From: Camelus ferus
Taxonomy: Eukaryota
NCBI RefSeq assembly: GCF_009834535.1
Contig: NC_045712.1
Coordinates: 21,700,001-21,764,000 of the forward strand
DNA: 64,000 bases
Direction of reading: 5' to 3'
Shown: in pieces, positions 13,366-25,346 of the stretch
How the letters are laid out: every line of letters starts with the position of its first letter
How positions within the stretch are numbered: the first letter of the stretch is position 1
The notes under the pieces: generated by a model
What the model saw: only the letters and a program-made list of their open reading frames with translations
Told to the model about the DNA's origin: nothing
Databases searched by the model: none
Translations under genes and position numbers: made by a program

Positions 13366-14599
13366 AGCTTTGAGAAACAGACTCATAGGGTAATCATTAT
13401 CAGTTCCTATATGTTCATGTTTCCTTCATTTACTGGACATACATCAAAGAGTAGCCCTGTATTTGAGCTTCTACATCTTCTCATGTGATATAAGAGGCTT
13501 AAGAGTGGTAAGGAAGGTGGGATGTTCTTCCTTAAACAGTGAGCCAGCAATTCTGGGCATCTAGCTCTGGGGATTTCAATAAAAGTAAAGTCCACTGTAT
13601 TTACGGGCTTCAAATCCTTCCCTCATCCCCTGACTTTCCATCTCTGGGGAGCTACACAATTTCCAGCACGTGATTATGTGAGTTTGGATCAACCAGATGT
13701 CCTACAAAAACCTTGTTGGTGGATGAAGCTGGTTGTTACAGCTCTAGGGTGACAGTAGGAAGAAGGACCTTTGTCATCTCAATAAACCCAAGCAGGAAAG
13801 TTCTCTTGCTAAGGAGGCCACCTTTTGTGAGCCTGGACACCCGATTTTAGCTTAGAGTTCTTTTCCTCCTATTATGAAGGCAGCTTCCAATTTGATCACC
13901 TAAAGGCAATCAGCATAAGGGAACTGACATGCCTTGCTTGTTCAAAGAAGTTTCCTCTTCTAGGAGTGAAGCAGGTGCTAAGGACCAGACAGGAAGCACT
14001 GGGAAGAGCCTAAACCCTCTGGAGACTCTGAGAAGCCTGGGCTGACAGGTGGAGTTGGTGGCGATGGTGTCCAGGGCTGAGGGGAGCCCTAGATGGCAGG
14101 GGTGCACAGCCCAATTCTGAACAATCCCCTACAGTCCTCACTCCTCAGCCCTCCATCATCTTTCCATGGGCTGTTTCGCTTTCTTAGGAAAAACTGTGTA
14201 GAGTGAGATGATTTTAGGTGGCAAATTAGCCCTGTATTACACTTACTGGCCAGAACCACCAGTGAGAGTCAGCCCTTTTTAAATTCCTTCCATCCTTCCA
14301 ATTATATTGAAAATAAAGTTTTCCTTTAGTATATCTTTAAGATTTGCCTTTATACTACCCTAAAAGAAAAAGAAAGAACAGACCTCAAATTCAGAATCTT
14401 GGAATCAAACAATCACTTAATACTATTATTTTGTTTTTATATATTTTTTTACAATTACTTTCTATAATGACAAATGACACTGGCTTGTCTTTTTAGACAT
14501 GATATGGTGTTTTCTATTAAAATTTAGTTAAGTGAAGAATGTTTCAGGCTGATTTACAAATGAAGTATTAAGTAAATACTGGTACAGAGAGTATATGAA

Positions 14600-14835
14600 G
14601 TAGAATGTGAATGGCTTAGATCTGCTCTAAGTACATGGGTCCAGGCTTAAATCACACTCACAACTTCCTACTTATGTGGCCCTGAGCTCCATGAACATAA
14701 GCCCTGTGAACCTGAGTCTCCTTATGAGTAGAATGGATACAACTGCCCTGCATTTACCTGAGAGGAGTTTGGTAACACGATGAGGGTAATGTTCTGCACA
14801 GCACCAAGTGCCAGGCAAACGTGATCTGCTAATAT
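14600..14835 (+). mobile_element. MIR
   Basis: tatgtggccctgagc...ctgtgaacctgagtctccttatgagtagaatgg...ctgcacagcaccaagtgccaggc. Confidence 0.65.
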
Positions 14836-17365
14836 TATACCAGGATGGTGCTTTTTTAAAAAGGTGTTTTCTGCACCTCTCACTCTGCATCCAGCCCTCT
14901 GAGGGATGACCTGGTCATTTTGGCTGCAGCCATCTGTTTAGCCAACTTGCTTGGATAAGTTTGCTGTGATGCCTGGTGATCTGTTCTTCTGCTCTTATCT
15001 TGATCCTCTGTCAAAAGGTGGACCTGTCCTTGTCGTCAAACTTAAGAATCCTGCCTAATGCACATCACCTTGTATCATAAACCTTTCCCCATGTCAATGC
15101 CCCATTTTTAAAGGTGGCAGAGGATGCCAGTGTGTGGTTGACCAGTCCATCCTTCAGTTAATCTACTGCCCTGTTGGGCACTCTAGGTTAGCAAAGGCTC
15201 ACTGGGTGTGAAGCCACAGGTGCTTGAATCTGGTTGGGAAAGTTGTCAACAGCTGTCTGCAGGCAGCGCACCCTGTGGAAGAGGGCTGCAGGTACCAGGG
15301 GGTGGGGGTCATATCTGTCCTCTTGACCAGCAAGTTACCAATGCTCCTGATTGATGACAGTGGTCAATGCGTCACACAAGTCTACCAGCAGTTCTATTGT
15401 TATCACCATTGGACAGAAGAGGAACTAAGGATCTGAGAGATTTGTCCACACCCAGCTCCTCAGTGATGGAGCAGGATCCCAGATGTACCTGCTTCCAAAG
15501 AACTAACCACTGCCTTCCTCCTGCCAAGGCCCAGGAAGACCCATCGGCCCCTCACAGCTGTGGCCAAGCAGGCTCAGCACATCAGGGAAGGAGGAGGGAA
15601 GGGAAGGGGCCCTGCCAGCCAGGCAACAGCCTCAGATTCCTAGCCCAGAAGAGCTTGCCTCCCTCTAGATGGGGGCAAAGGGAACCCTTGTCAGTCTATG
15701 AGTGGGCCCAAGATGGAGATACGTAACCTGGTCTGCTTGGGTCTTGGGGGAGAGACGACAGGTGCAGTTTCAACCTCTGTGCGGTCAGGGGAACAATATC
15801 GGTCCATGAACTCCTTCTAGGACCAGGAGCAGGGGCTTCTCTCTGCCCTTCCTGCATTCCCATGCATGCACACACAGAGATGGCTCTTCACAGTACCACA
15901 GAGCTGGGCTGGGGCTTGAGCGAACCTTCCTCTTCTCACCTTTCGATTTGCTTTTCTGAGGACCCCCCCACTAGGAAACAGGTGAGAGTTTTCTACATGG
16001 GGTTCAAGGATTCCCTGGGCCATCTTTTTTAAAGGGGAACCTGGTCATGTTACTCCTCTGGTTAACCTGTATTATCAGAAAAATACAGTGACCACATCTC
16101 AACTTATGATTTTGCTTGTGCTTGTTCAGGCTGAGGTTAGAAGGTATAATTAAGAAAAAGAGCCAGTCAATTGAAATTTTTAAAACTCTGTGTAGTGGCT
16201 GTGCAGGTGGTACAAAGAGGAGACAATGTGCTATGATGGCGGTAAGCAAAAGGCTGAACTTGGGGCAACACTGCTCTAAAGGTAGTAGAGTGTGAACCTG
16301 ACTTGGGTGAAAGCCAGGCTTCTGGTATGTCCATTGCTTGGATTTCATTAAAGTGCTTATTTAACCACAGCAGCCAAAGAACATAAATACCAATTAATGT
16401 CATCCTCATGGACCCCTAAATGGCTACTGCCACCACATCACCTTCATAGTGCCTTGCCACTCCTCTGAACCCAGCTGAGGTGGCAGTGCAGTCTGTCAGC
16501 CTGTGTGTGCCCGCCTGCCCTAGACAGGGCAGACCTCTGAGAAGTTATGTGGAACTTGGAATGCTTGTTCTCATGGAAACAAGGTTAGGCCTGGCTGAGG
16601 GTGGCACTAGAATGAACCATGAGATCCCCTCTGCCCTCAAATGTGGAAGAACTAAATAAACCACAGAGTAGTGCTGGGAACAGAGTGCTGGGAATACAGC
16701 CAGGTAAAGGGGAAAGCATGACCGCCCTGTCTCCTGAGGCAGATCTGGCCTCACATGCAAAGCTTGGTTCTAGCATATCCACCCCCGCCCTTTTCTGAGC
16801 CTCTCCCATCTAGTGTTCCTTTCCCACGAGCCCCATGTCTTAACAGTGCTCCTTATGTTGTTCTAAACTCTCAAGGCAGTGGCCTACTAAGGCCTGATCT
16901 AATCTCTTTTTTCCAAAATTACCTAATCCACCCTCTCAACTACCCCAAACAAACTTACAATTCTTGTAGTGCTGTAGGTTTAATTTAGCATTGGAAAAGG
17001 AATATTAATTTGTACCCCACCACCTTCCAAGATAAAGGAAATACTCATTCAATGCACTTTTTTAACAGATTTAAGAGGGTCCTCAGACTGAGGTGAATTA
17101 AGACTGGCTTACAAGACCACCAGAGATGGAAGACCTACGTGAACCTGCAGAGACTTGTACAGACTTCGACTCCCAAGAACCTGGGTAGGCACGTGTAGAC
17201 CTACTCAGATATGCACAGATCATGATTATTCTACCAAAAGAAACCAGAGCATTCTAGAAAGAGAGTAGAAGGGCCTCTTTACTTTATATTTTCCTCATCA
17301 CTATGGCAGGTTATGAAATTATCTTACACATTTGGCCCCTGACTATTAGTTATGTGATGCATTAC

Positions 17366-17446
17366 CTTGTATTTGGGGATGGTCTTCAGAAGTTCTTTCA
17401 CTGGGACATCTGTGCCAACCACACCCAGAAGAATGCCCTTCGATCT
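17366..17446 (-). CDS. CACNA2D3: CACNA2D3 internal exon, 81 nt (RSKGILLGVVGTDVPVKELLKTIPKYK), probably exon 16
   Basis: Minus strand reads tgtttgttttcgacag|AGA TCG AAG...TAC AAG|gtaatg. It is contained in ORF-track entry 17324..17512. The GVVGTDV Cache-domain motif is typical of alpha2delta proteins. Confidence 0.98.
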
Positions 17447-18035
17447 CTGTCGAAAACAAACATTAAACGATAACAACAGTATGTTAATTTGATAGAAGAA
17501 ATAGAATCCCATGAGAAGTCACATACAGAGATCACTGCTTGGTACCTTCTCCAAACTGAGAGAGATTGAAGCTTAACCCAGATATCCAAGAGGAGCCCTC
17601 TTCTATCTCCCACACCCTACCCAAAATAACCCTAGGCAAGGAATGGTAGCTTCTCAGACCAAACATTACCTACTATACCCCTCAATGCACACCCTTACCA
17701 AGACACCCTAATAATCATTCTCTTCTCTTGACTGAAAATTAAGAATCTGAAGAAGCTAAGAACTTGTGATCATTAATCAGTTTCTCTTATGGACACTTTT
17801 TACAGGAAACACTTGGCATGTTAACTACTTTCTCAATTTATACTGCCATCTGGTGCCCAGGACAGAGAGACTAAATAGCCAGAGAAAGACGCAATCACCC
17901 TAACATTTTTAGCAGCAAGTTGGAATCAAGGACTAAGGTGAACAAATAGGCCTCCAGGGTCCCAGCTCCCAAGGTCAATGTGATGTGCTGAAACTTTCTG
18001 ATTTCAGAAAGGGCCTTCCAGAAGAAGATTCACAT

Positions 18036-18444
18036 CGCTGCTGTTCACTGTTTCCCCAAAATTCAAGTGCACCCAGAATCTTAGGCTGTGTTATTTGGAA
18101 ATAGGTTCTTTGTAGACATAAATAATTAAGGATCTTGAGGTGAAATCATTATGGATGTAGGATGCAGCTTATATTCAATGACTGGTGCCTTTATAAGAAG
18201 AGGAGAGGACAGAGAGATAAGGGGAGAAGAAGGCCATGTGAAGACAGAGGTAGAGATTGGAGTTATACTGCCACAAACCAAGGAACACCTTGGGCCACTG
18301 GAAGAGGATAGGAAGGACTCTTCCCCAGAATCGACTCCTTGATTTTGGACTTCTGGCCTACGGAACTGTGAGAATGCATTTTTTATTGTTGTAAGCCACC
18401 CGATTTGTGGCTCTTCGTTGCCACAGTCCTGGGAAACTAATTCA
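18036..18444 (+). mobile_element. MLT1B/C-type MaLR solo LTR
   Basis: cccaaaattcaagtgcacccagaatc, tatttggaaataggttctttg, gactggtgcctttataagaagagg, ttttggacttctggcc...gaactgtgaga, with end gggaaactaattca. Confidence 0.88.
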
Positions 18445-18759
18445 AGGCTGGTACCTATAAATCAGAGAGAAGTCATCCCACCACAATCAAGGATTCTTTC
18501 TGGAGGTTTCCTTCCTCTGCCCATTTAAACACTTAAATTTTGGAAAAGTGCTGCATACTATAAAAACGATGCCTATTTGAATTACTCTCATTTATTCTTG
18601 ATTTCATGATTCTAACAGCGGGATTAAAAGTGAGGAAAAATTATATATCTCCACCCTTAAATTAAATAAGTAAATAAAGGTCACCTAAACTTGAGTCAGA
18701 GGGTGCCTGAGATAACAACTTTCCTAGCATCAAGCAGGAAATACAGCCATTGTACTCAC

Positions 18760-18831
18760 AGTTTCGTTCTGCTTACTAAACACAGGCATGGCGACTGTGG
18801 TCATCAGGACAGGGCCCTGATCATCAGCAAG
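18760..18831 (-). CDS. CACNA2D3: CACNA2D3 internal exon, 72 nt (LADDQGPVLMTTVAMPVFSKQNET), probably exon 15
   Basis: Minus strand reads cttttctgtctccatccag|CTT GCT GAT GAT CAG...AAC GAA ACT|gtgagt; phase 0-0; not captured by the ORF track. Confidence 0.97.
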
Positions 18832-19517
18832 CTGGATGGAGACAGAAAAGCCAGTTAACTGAGAGTGATCTGGGGAAAACAGTGCTGGAGGCCATACCCT
18901 TTGACCATCTTATACTTTCCTGAGCAAGGGCTGTGGGGAATGGACCAGTGTCCATTCCAGTCTTTGTAGCGTCAGAGGGAGTGCAACTGTCCCCCAACCC
19001 TGCCTTGCAGATGAGGGTCCCAGCCTGCCTGGCAGGGGAAAAAAGTCAGTCACCATCAGTCACTCCAGCTGCTCTGTTTACTGCATTCAGCCATTTGAGT
19101 TCAAATATAGCCCTGTTTGTATCTTGGTGATTTGTTTTATTTTATTACTACAGATCGATTTTACTGTTTTACTTTGCAGACTTTTATGTTCAATATGTGC
19201 AATATTAATGATTCGCCTTAATCTGGAAATTGAGGATCAGAAAGCATGAGCATAAGGGGTTTTATGAGTTGCCCCTGCTGGAAGCAATGGAATCTGGAAG
19301 CATTTATTCTCCCCGAGGTAGCTGAGTCAAGGTCTTTTTGAACCTCTACATCTTTCTGGCATGCCAGCCCCACATGGAAAACAAACAAAATAGAAACAAA
19401 AACAAACAAACAAAAAAAACTTGATCATCTCATCACTGGTAAGAAGCCGAACATTCCTCCCAGAAGAACAATCTTGAAATCTGGCACACAATACACTTTT
19501 GTAACTCACTGAATTGG

Positions 19518-19542
19518 AAAAAAAAAAAAAAAAAAAAAAAAA
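19518..19542 (+). repeat. A25 homopolymer
   Basis: Read directly; no SINE body or TSD recognised upstream. Confidence 0.9.
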
Positions 19543-19599
19543 CACAACCCCAACATTGAGACCCACCATTGCATCTGTCTTTCACACAGTATTGTGAGA

Positions 19600-19845
19600 A
19601 AGGCAGGAACCCCTACTCTGTCCCATTAACAAATGGGGAAACAGAGTCCTGGACCACCAAGTAGGCTTTGGTCCAAGATAAACCTGGTTTTAATTCTCAG
19701 CTTTGAATCTTTATTAACTGCATTATCTAAACCTCTGTCCTCATATGAAATAATGTGAATTATTCCCCAGCATTGTTGACATGAAGATAAAATGTGAAAC
19801 TGCCCAGCATGGTACCTGGCATCTGGAGGTGCTCAAAGGATACTA
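19600..19845. mobile_element. MIR fragments in both orientations
   Basis: cccattaacaaatggggaaacagag (minus strand) and ccagcatggtacctggcatctggaggtgctcaaag (plus strand). Confidence 0.55.
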
Positions 19846-20245
19846 ACTTCCTTTCCCTGCTTCAAGGTCACATGGCTAGCAAGCAGCAGAGTCCCAAGTG
19901 AGATCAAGGCATGTGGTAATGCTGATAGGGACCAAAATTGGCAAGTCTGATGGGAGAGGTTTACTTCCTGGTTTCACAGCCCATTCAAGCTTCAAATGAA
20001 GCAATCTATGAATGAGAATCCACTCTTGTCAGTCTAGAGTTTTTTCTGATGTTTGAGCACTTCCTCATAACTTTAATTCCAAAGAAAAATCAGGTGTTGG
20101 TTCTCTTAGTCTTCTTTGGAAGAAGCATTATAAAGAGAAGATCCTAAAACTGAGAGGTCCCCACGGACTGGCTGGCCTCCTGAGAAAAGATCATTAAACT
20201 CAGTCAATCTTCTACCAGTCTTGTTCTTTTAATAGGTTATTTGAG

Positions 20246-20406
20246 CAGTAGGGCCTTCTTACTTGTAATGTGGCACACAGAACGTCAGGACCTCCTGCAC
20301 CCAAGTGCCCTAGAAATGCATACTCTCAAGCCCACTCCAGATCCTCTGAATCTGAATCTTTATTTTTTTAATAATTAGTCTGCATATTAAAATTCGAGAA
20401 GCACTG
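20246..20406 (+). mobile_element. MER5A-like hAT-Charlie MITE
   Basis: ctagaaatgcatactctcaagcccactccagatcctctgaatc and terminal aaaattcgagaagcactg. Confidence 0.75.
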
Positions 20407-20605
20407 TTACAGGGCAATCCTTTCCATCATCAGTAATCATAACAGTTGAAAAGAAATGGACAGGAGTTGGGAAAACTCCTAATAGGGATAGAAGAGGCCA
20501 TGTTTTTATTAGTTTTACCTCTATGTCAGGATGAGCCTACATTCCTCCATGACAAGCAAGACAATGCAAGAATCTCATGGTCCTTCAACGACTGGAAATT
20601 CATGG

Positions 20606-20735
20606 TGCGATGGTTAATTTTATGTGGCAACTTGGCTAGGCAATGGTGCCAGTTGTTTGACCAAACACCAGTCTAGATGTTGCTGTGAATGTATTTCTGA
20701 GATGTGATTAACATTTAAATCAGTTAGCCTTAGAG
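20606..20735 (+). mobile_element. MLT2 (ERVL) LTR, 5' part
   Basis: Starts tgcgatggttaattttatgtggcaacttggctagg, the MLT2C/D start, and stops where the L1 begins. Confidence 0.85.
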
Positions 20736-22640
20736 ATGGCAAAGATGATGGAGTAGGAACCCTGGACTCACCTATTCCCTAGGACACACCAAAATCACAA
20801 CTGCTTACAGAGCAACTATCTATGAGAATAGCCTAAAGGCTAGCAGAAAAGATTTTCCACAACTAAAGACACAAAGAAGGAACTACAATGAGACAGATAG
20901 GAGGGGTGGAGACATGGCGTAATCAAAACTGAGATCCCCAGGTCAGCAACCTACAAACAGAAAAAAATATCACATTTGTAGAGGCCCTCCCCAATGAGCA
21001 AGTGGTCTGAGCCCCACATCAGGCTCCCCAGCCCTGCACTGAGAAGACAAGACCCCAGAATGTGCTTGGAAAACCCACAGATGAGTCATAGGGCTACAGG
21101 ACATGGAAACTCTGCTTTTAAAGAGAGTTCACAAAATCTCACATTCTCCAAGTCCCAGCACAGAGGCAGTAGTTTAAAATAAGCCTAGGTCAGACCCACT
21201 TGCTGACCTTGGAGAGCCTGACCTTGCAGGCAACTGGGACTTCCTCTGCAGATGGAGATGCTGGCAGCAAACATTTTGGAGAGTTTTTCTACCCCAACAA
21301 CACCGGCATGGGCAAGTCCCATTTTGGAATTCTCCCTCTAGCCTAGAGCAACAGGGACCCAGCCCTACCCACCAGTGGGCCGGCACCAGTCCTGAGTTCC
21401 TTGGGACTGTGTAGAGAGCCACGTGCAGGGACTTCACCCCTCCCACAGGCCTGCACCAGCTCTGAGTACCCCACATTGGGCAGACATCTGTGCAGGGACC
21501 TAGCTCCACTCACAGTGGGCTGGCAGCAACCCAAATGCATAGGAAGTCTACCCTGGCCTCCAGCCAGCTTGCAGCCACCAAACAGGGTATGGCCTCGCAG
21601 CCAGCCATGCTGGGGGCCAGCTTCTCCTACCAATGCACTCACAGTAGATAGCCCTGCCACAACAGAAGGGTGCATGCAGCCCACATAGGGGTCATCCCTA
21701 GAGCTTATATCCCTAGTGACCAGAAAGGAGCATGCTGCTGGGCCCCATCGGATGTGTGCCACCTAAGGCCACTTCCCCAAGATGGGAAAATGTAACCATC
21801 TTACATAGTACATAGAAATGAACAGAGTCCGGCAAAATGAGGAGACAGAGGAATATGTGCCAAACAAAGGAGTAAGACAGAATCTCAGAAAAAGAACTAA
21901 ACAAAGTGGAGGTAAGCAAGCAACCCAATGAATAGTTCAAGGTAATTATCATAAAGATGCTTACAAAACTCAGGGGAAGAATGGATGAACACAATGAGAA
22001 TTTCAATGAGGAGTTTAATAATACAAAGAAGAACCAAGCAGTGCTGAAGAATACAATAACTGAAATAAAAAATACGCTCAAAGGGATCAACAATAGATTT
22101 GATGACAACAATGAATGGATCCGTGATCTGGTAGACAGAGCAGTGGAAACCATCCAAGCTGAACAGAAAAAAGAGAAAGGAATTTTTAAAAATGAGGATA
22201 GTTAAAGAAATCTCTGGGATAACATCAAGTGTACTAACATTTGCATTGTAGGGGTATCAGAAGGAGAAGAGAAAGAAAGGGGAAAAGAACTTATTTGAAG
22301 AAATAATAGCTGAAAACTTCCCTAACCTGGAGAAGGAAACAGGCATTCAGGTCCAGGAAGCACACGGAGTGCCAAACAAGATAAATCCAAAGACACATAA
22401 TTAAAATGGGAAAAAGTAAAGATCAAGAAAGAATCTTGAAATCAACAAGAGAAAAGCAACGAGTTACATACAAGGGAACTTTCATAAGACTATAAGCTGA
22501 CTTTTCAGCAGAAACTTTGCAGACCAGAAGAGAGTGGCACAATGTATTTTAAGTGATGAGGGAAAAAACCCCAAAACCCTACAACCAACAATATTCTAAC
22601 CATCAAGGCTAACATTCAGATTTGAAGGAAGGATAAAAAG
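20732..22640 (+). mobile_element. LINE-1 5'UTR plus degraded ORF1, 3'-truncated, nested in MLT2
   Basis: 5'UTR caaagatgatggagtagg...gacacaccaaaatcacaactgcttacagagcaactatc. ORF1 ATG is at 21837 with an early stop. The residual coiled-coil ORF 21957..22205 (LKNTITEIKNTLKGINNRF) and ORF1 C-terminal motifs are present. No ORF2. Confidence 0.92.
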
Positions 22641-22877
22641 AAGGAATTCTGTTTCCAGACTGCCTTCAGACTCAAGACTGCAACATCCTATCTTGCTGGA
22701 ATTTCCAGCCTGCCAACCTGCCTTACAGCTTTCGGATGTGTCAGCTCCCACTTTCTCCCTCCCTCCCCGCCCCCCACTCTCTCTCTCTCTTTCCTTCTCT
22801 CTCTCTCCGTCTGTCCCTCTCTCTCTCTCTCTCTGTGTATCCCCTATCTCTCTCTCTGGAGAATCCTGAGTAATACA
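22640..22877 (+). mobile_element. MLT2 (ERVL) LTR, 3' part, with expanded (CT)n
   Basis: gaaggaattctgtttccagactgccttcagactcaagactgcaacatc...ctctggagaatcctgagtaataca; CT repeat at about 22751-22857. Confidence 0.85.
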
Positions 22878-24338
22878 CATTATAATCATGTAATCTGTTA
22901 TTTGGGGGCAGCCTGATTTTGGTGTTAGTATAAGTAAATGAACTTGCTTTATCATAATATTAATAACCAAATAATATTAACTATTATTAAGATGATGTTA
23001 ACAGGTATTGTTGCCAGAAACCAAGCCAACCAGTATATAACAGTTTGTGGAAACAAGGTTCCAGCATCTTGTTAAAAATACTTAAGGTATACAATGACCA
23101 ACACTGGGGGCATGCAGGGCCATTTTCAAAGGCAGAACCAACCCATGGTAAACATCTCCCTTAGAATCAGAAATCTTCCCATATTCTGACTCCTTGATTA
23201 ATCCTTAATGCTGTAAAGAAGACTGATTTGAGCTGATCCATAACCCTGGGAAACTTCCACTTTGCAACTCAAATCAAAATTTCAAGTAATGCCAACATGT
23301 ATCATGGATGAAATCAAAACATACCACTGACAATAATGAGAAATGAAGCTTTTTTTTTCCTCTACAAACAATAAAAATCAGTAAATCATTGGTAATTGTT
23401 CTGGCACAAATACAAGATCATGGGAAACTAAATTCCACATATTAAGCCAGAATATAGTATCAACTTCACTCAGGGGCTAACTCCAAATGTAATTACTGAA
23501 TCATTATCTAAAATAAAAAAATCCCCATAAGGTTGCATTTGTACAGAAAGCACTCATTTGTAACCAGCACCAGGTAAACAAAGGAAATGCAATGGACTCA
23601 GTCTAGCCACTGTCATGAGCTCACGTGTTCATCTTCTAGGGGCAGTTCTGGCCCAAGTTTGGACTGGCTTAGCCAGAACCCTAATCTGCAGCCTTCCCAA
23701 TGTATACCAGCTCATCAGTATGGCCATGAGGGCTGGCAGCACTCCGGAATTATCACCCACACAAGATTAAGATGCTCTTCTCCATGTTTCCCAGTCTCCA
23801 CCGGGTCTGGGTTCTGTGAATCTTAAAAATTTCATGGAGGAGGAACATCAGATTGGAAGTTAATTTGCTGGGTAAGCACTTTCTGATTGAAAGGCATTCT
23901 GTACTCTTGCCATAGGAAATAGCAGCTAGTGGCAAAAGGTTTTTTTTCAGACCACCAAGCAGAAGTTATGCAGCCAACCACGGCCAGACACCCTCTGCCC
24001 TATACCACAATAGGGGGTCCCTGCTTTTCTGTGGCCCCCTAACCTGTAGCGGCTGCTGGGGTAAGAGCACTGCTTATGATTCATACACACAGCTTCCAAG
24101 AAAAACGCAGACATAGAGTCAACATTCATTTTCCAAGGGTAGGAATGGGAGAGGGGGTCACCATGGTCCATCTGGGCAAAATCCCATTAACTTAAGTCTA
24201 AGTGGGAATCCTAAAATGAACTGCCATTCAATTACACTTGCCCAGGCTTTGAACAGGCCTCCGAAACACTTGGTTGTGGTGTTCTGTTGTATAATAAGTG
24301 TATATTATTCCATATCCTTCATTTCCTATGCTACATAA

Positions 24339-24470
24339 NNNNNNNNNNNNNNNNNNNNNNNNNNNNNNNNNNNNNNNNNNNNNNNNNNNNNNNNNNNNNN
24401 NNNNNNNNNNNNNNNNNNNNNNNNNNNNNNNNNNNNNNNNNNNNNNNNNNNNNNNNNNNNNNNNNNNNNN
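24339..24470. other. Assembly gap (132 N)
   Basis: N run. Confidence 0.99.
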
Positions 24471-24644
24471 TGCATATGCATTTGGATTCATGTGCAAGGT
24501 ACGTGCAGCAGTGCCAGCCCTCTCCTCCTAATGCTTGATTAATTTCCCGCTGATGGCACTAGCTGGCAATGCAGGCAGCTCTGGGGCGTGGCCCCAGATA
24601 GGATAACAGCACCAGATATGCGGCCTATCAATTTTGTGCAGGTC

Positions 24645-24790
24645 TAGTCATTAGTATTCATCAATTCCTTTGATAAATTTTCCTTGAGCATCAGCTCTGT
24701 GCCAGGTTCCATGCCATGTGCTGAGACGATCACCAGGAAAAGACATAGTTCTCACCCACGAGGGACTCCAAGTCCACCAGGGGGACAGAG
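24645..24790 (-). mobile_element. LINE-2 3' end
   Basis: tattcatcaattcc...ttgagcatcagctctgtgccagg...gacatagttctcaccc. Confidence 0.7.
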
Positions 24791-25241
24791 AAGTTAACAA
24801 GGCAAAGGGGGAAGAGCTGGCTGGGGCTGGCACACTGGCTCTCATTACGTGAGTAGAGAGGCTCTCTTCTTTATGACTAGCCTGAACTAAAGTAAAAATG
24901 TAAAAATGTCTAGAATTTACTCGTATCTCTCAGGGTTTATAGGGAGAATTCAGAAGCTTCCTGAAAACCAGTTTAACAACACAGGAACAAGTTCCCTGTT
25001 GCATAGAAGTTTCATCACTTACTTTATACTTAAGAATATTTATAAATGGAACAATGCAGCAGGAGAACTTTTGAAAAACTTTCCCAGCACTTTTCTCTTC
25101 CTTCTCTTGCAAATATCAACTCCTTCCTTTAGGGAAATACTCTTCACCTCTTTCATCCACAAAGTTTTCTTGGCAGCTGACCTCTCCCATCCTGCATGTG
25201 CGGGTGGGCATTCAACCCAGGCTGTGCCAACCACAGCACTT

Positions 25242-25346
25242 CACACATACACGTACATACACATGCATGCATACACAAACACACACATGCACACACACAC
25301 ATACATACATACACACACATACATATGCACATATACACACACACAC
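25242..25346 (+). repeat. Imperfect (CA/TA)n alternating purine-pyrimidine tract
   Basis: cacacatacacgtacatacacatgcatgcatacacaaacacacacatgcacac... Confidence 0.92.

Noticed and set aside
14750-14775. Second cag|gtaa junction on the minus strand
   Set aside because: Short pyrimidine tract, weaker donor (gtaaat), and inside a MIR.
16426-16487. 9-bp inverted repeat actgccacc / ggtggcagt with a partial CTCF look
   Set aside because: The 5' half of the CTCF core does not match, and the spacer is long.
19500-19545. U25 tract followed by cag on the pre-mRNA strand as a cryptic acceptor
   Set aside because: No plausible downstream donor found to define an exon.
21957-22205. 82-aa coiled-coil ORF
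   Set aside because: A remnant of L1 ORF1p. The true ORF1 start (21837) has a stop after 12 codons, so this is not a host or domesticated gene on present evidence.
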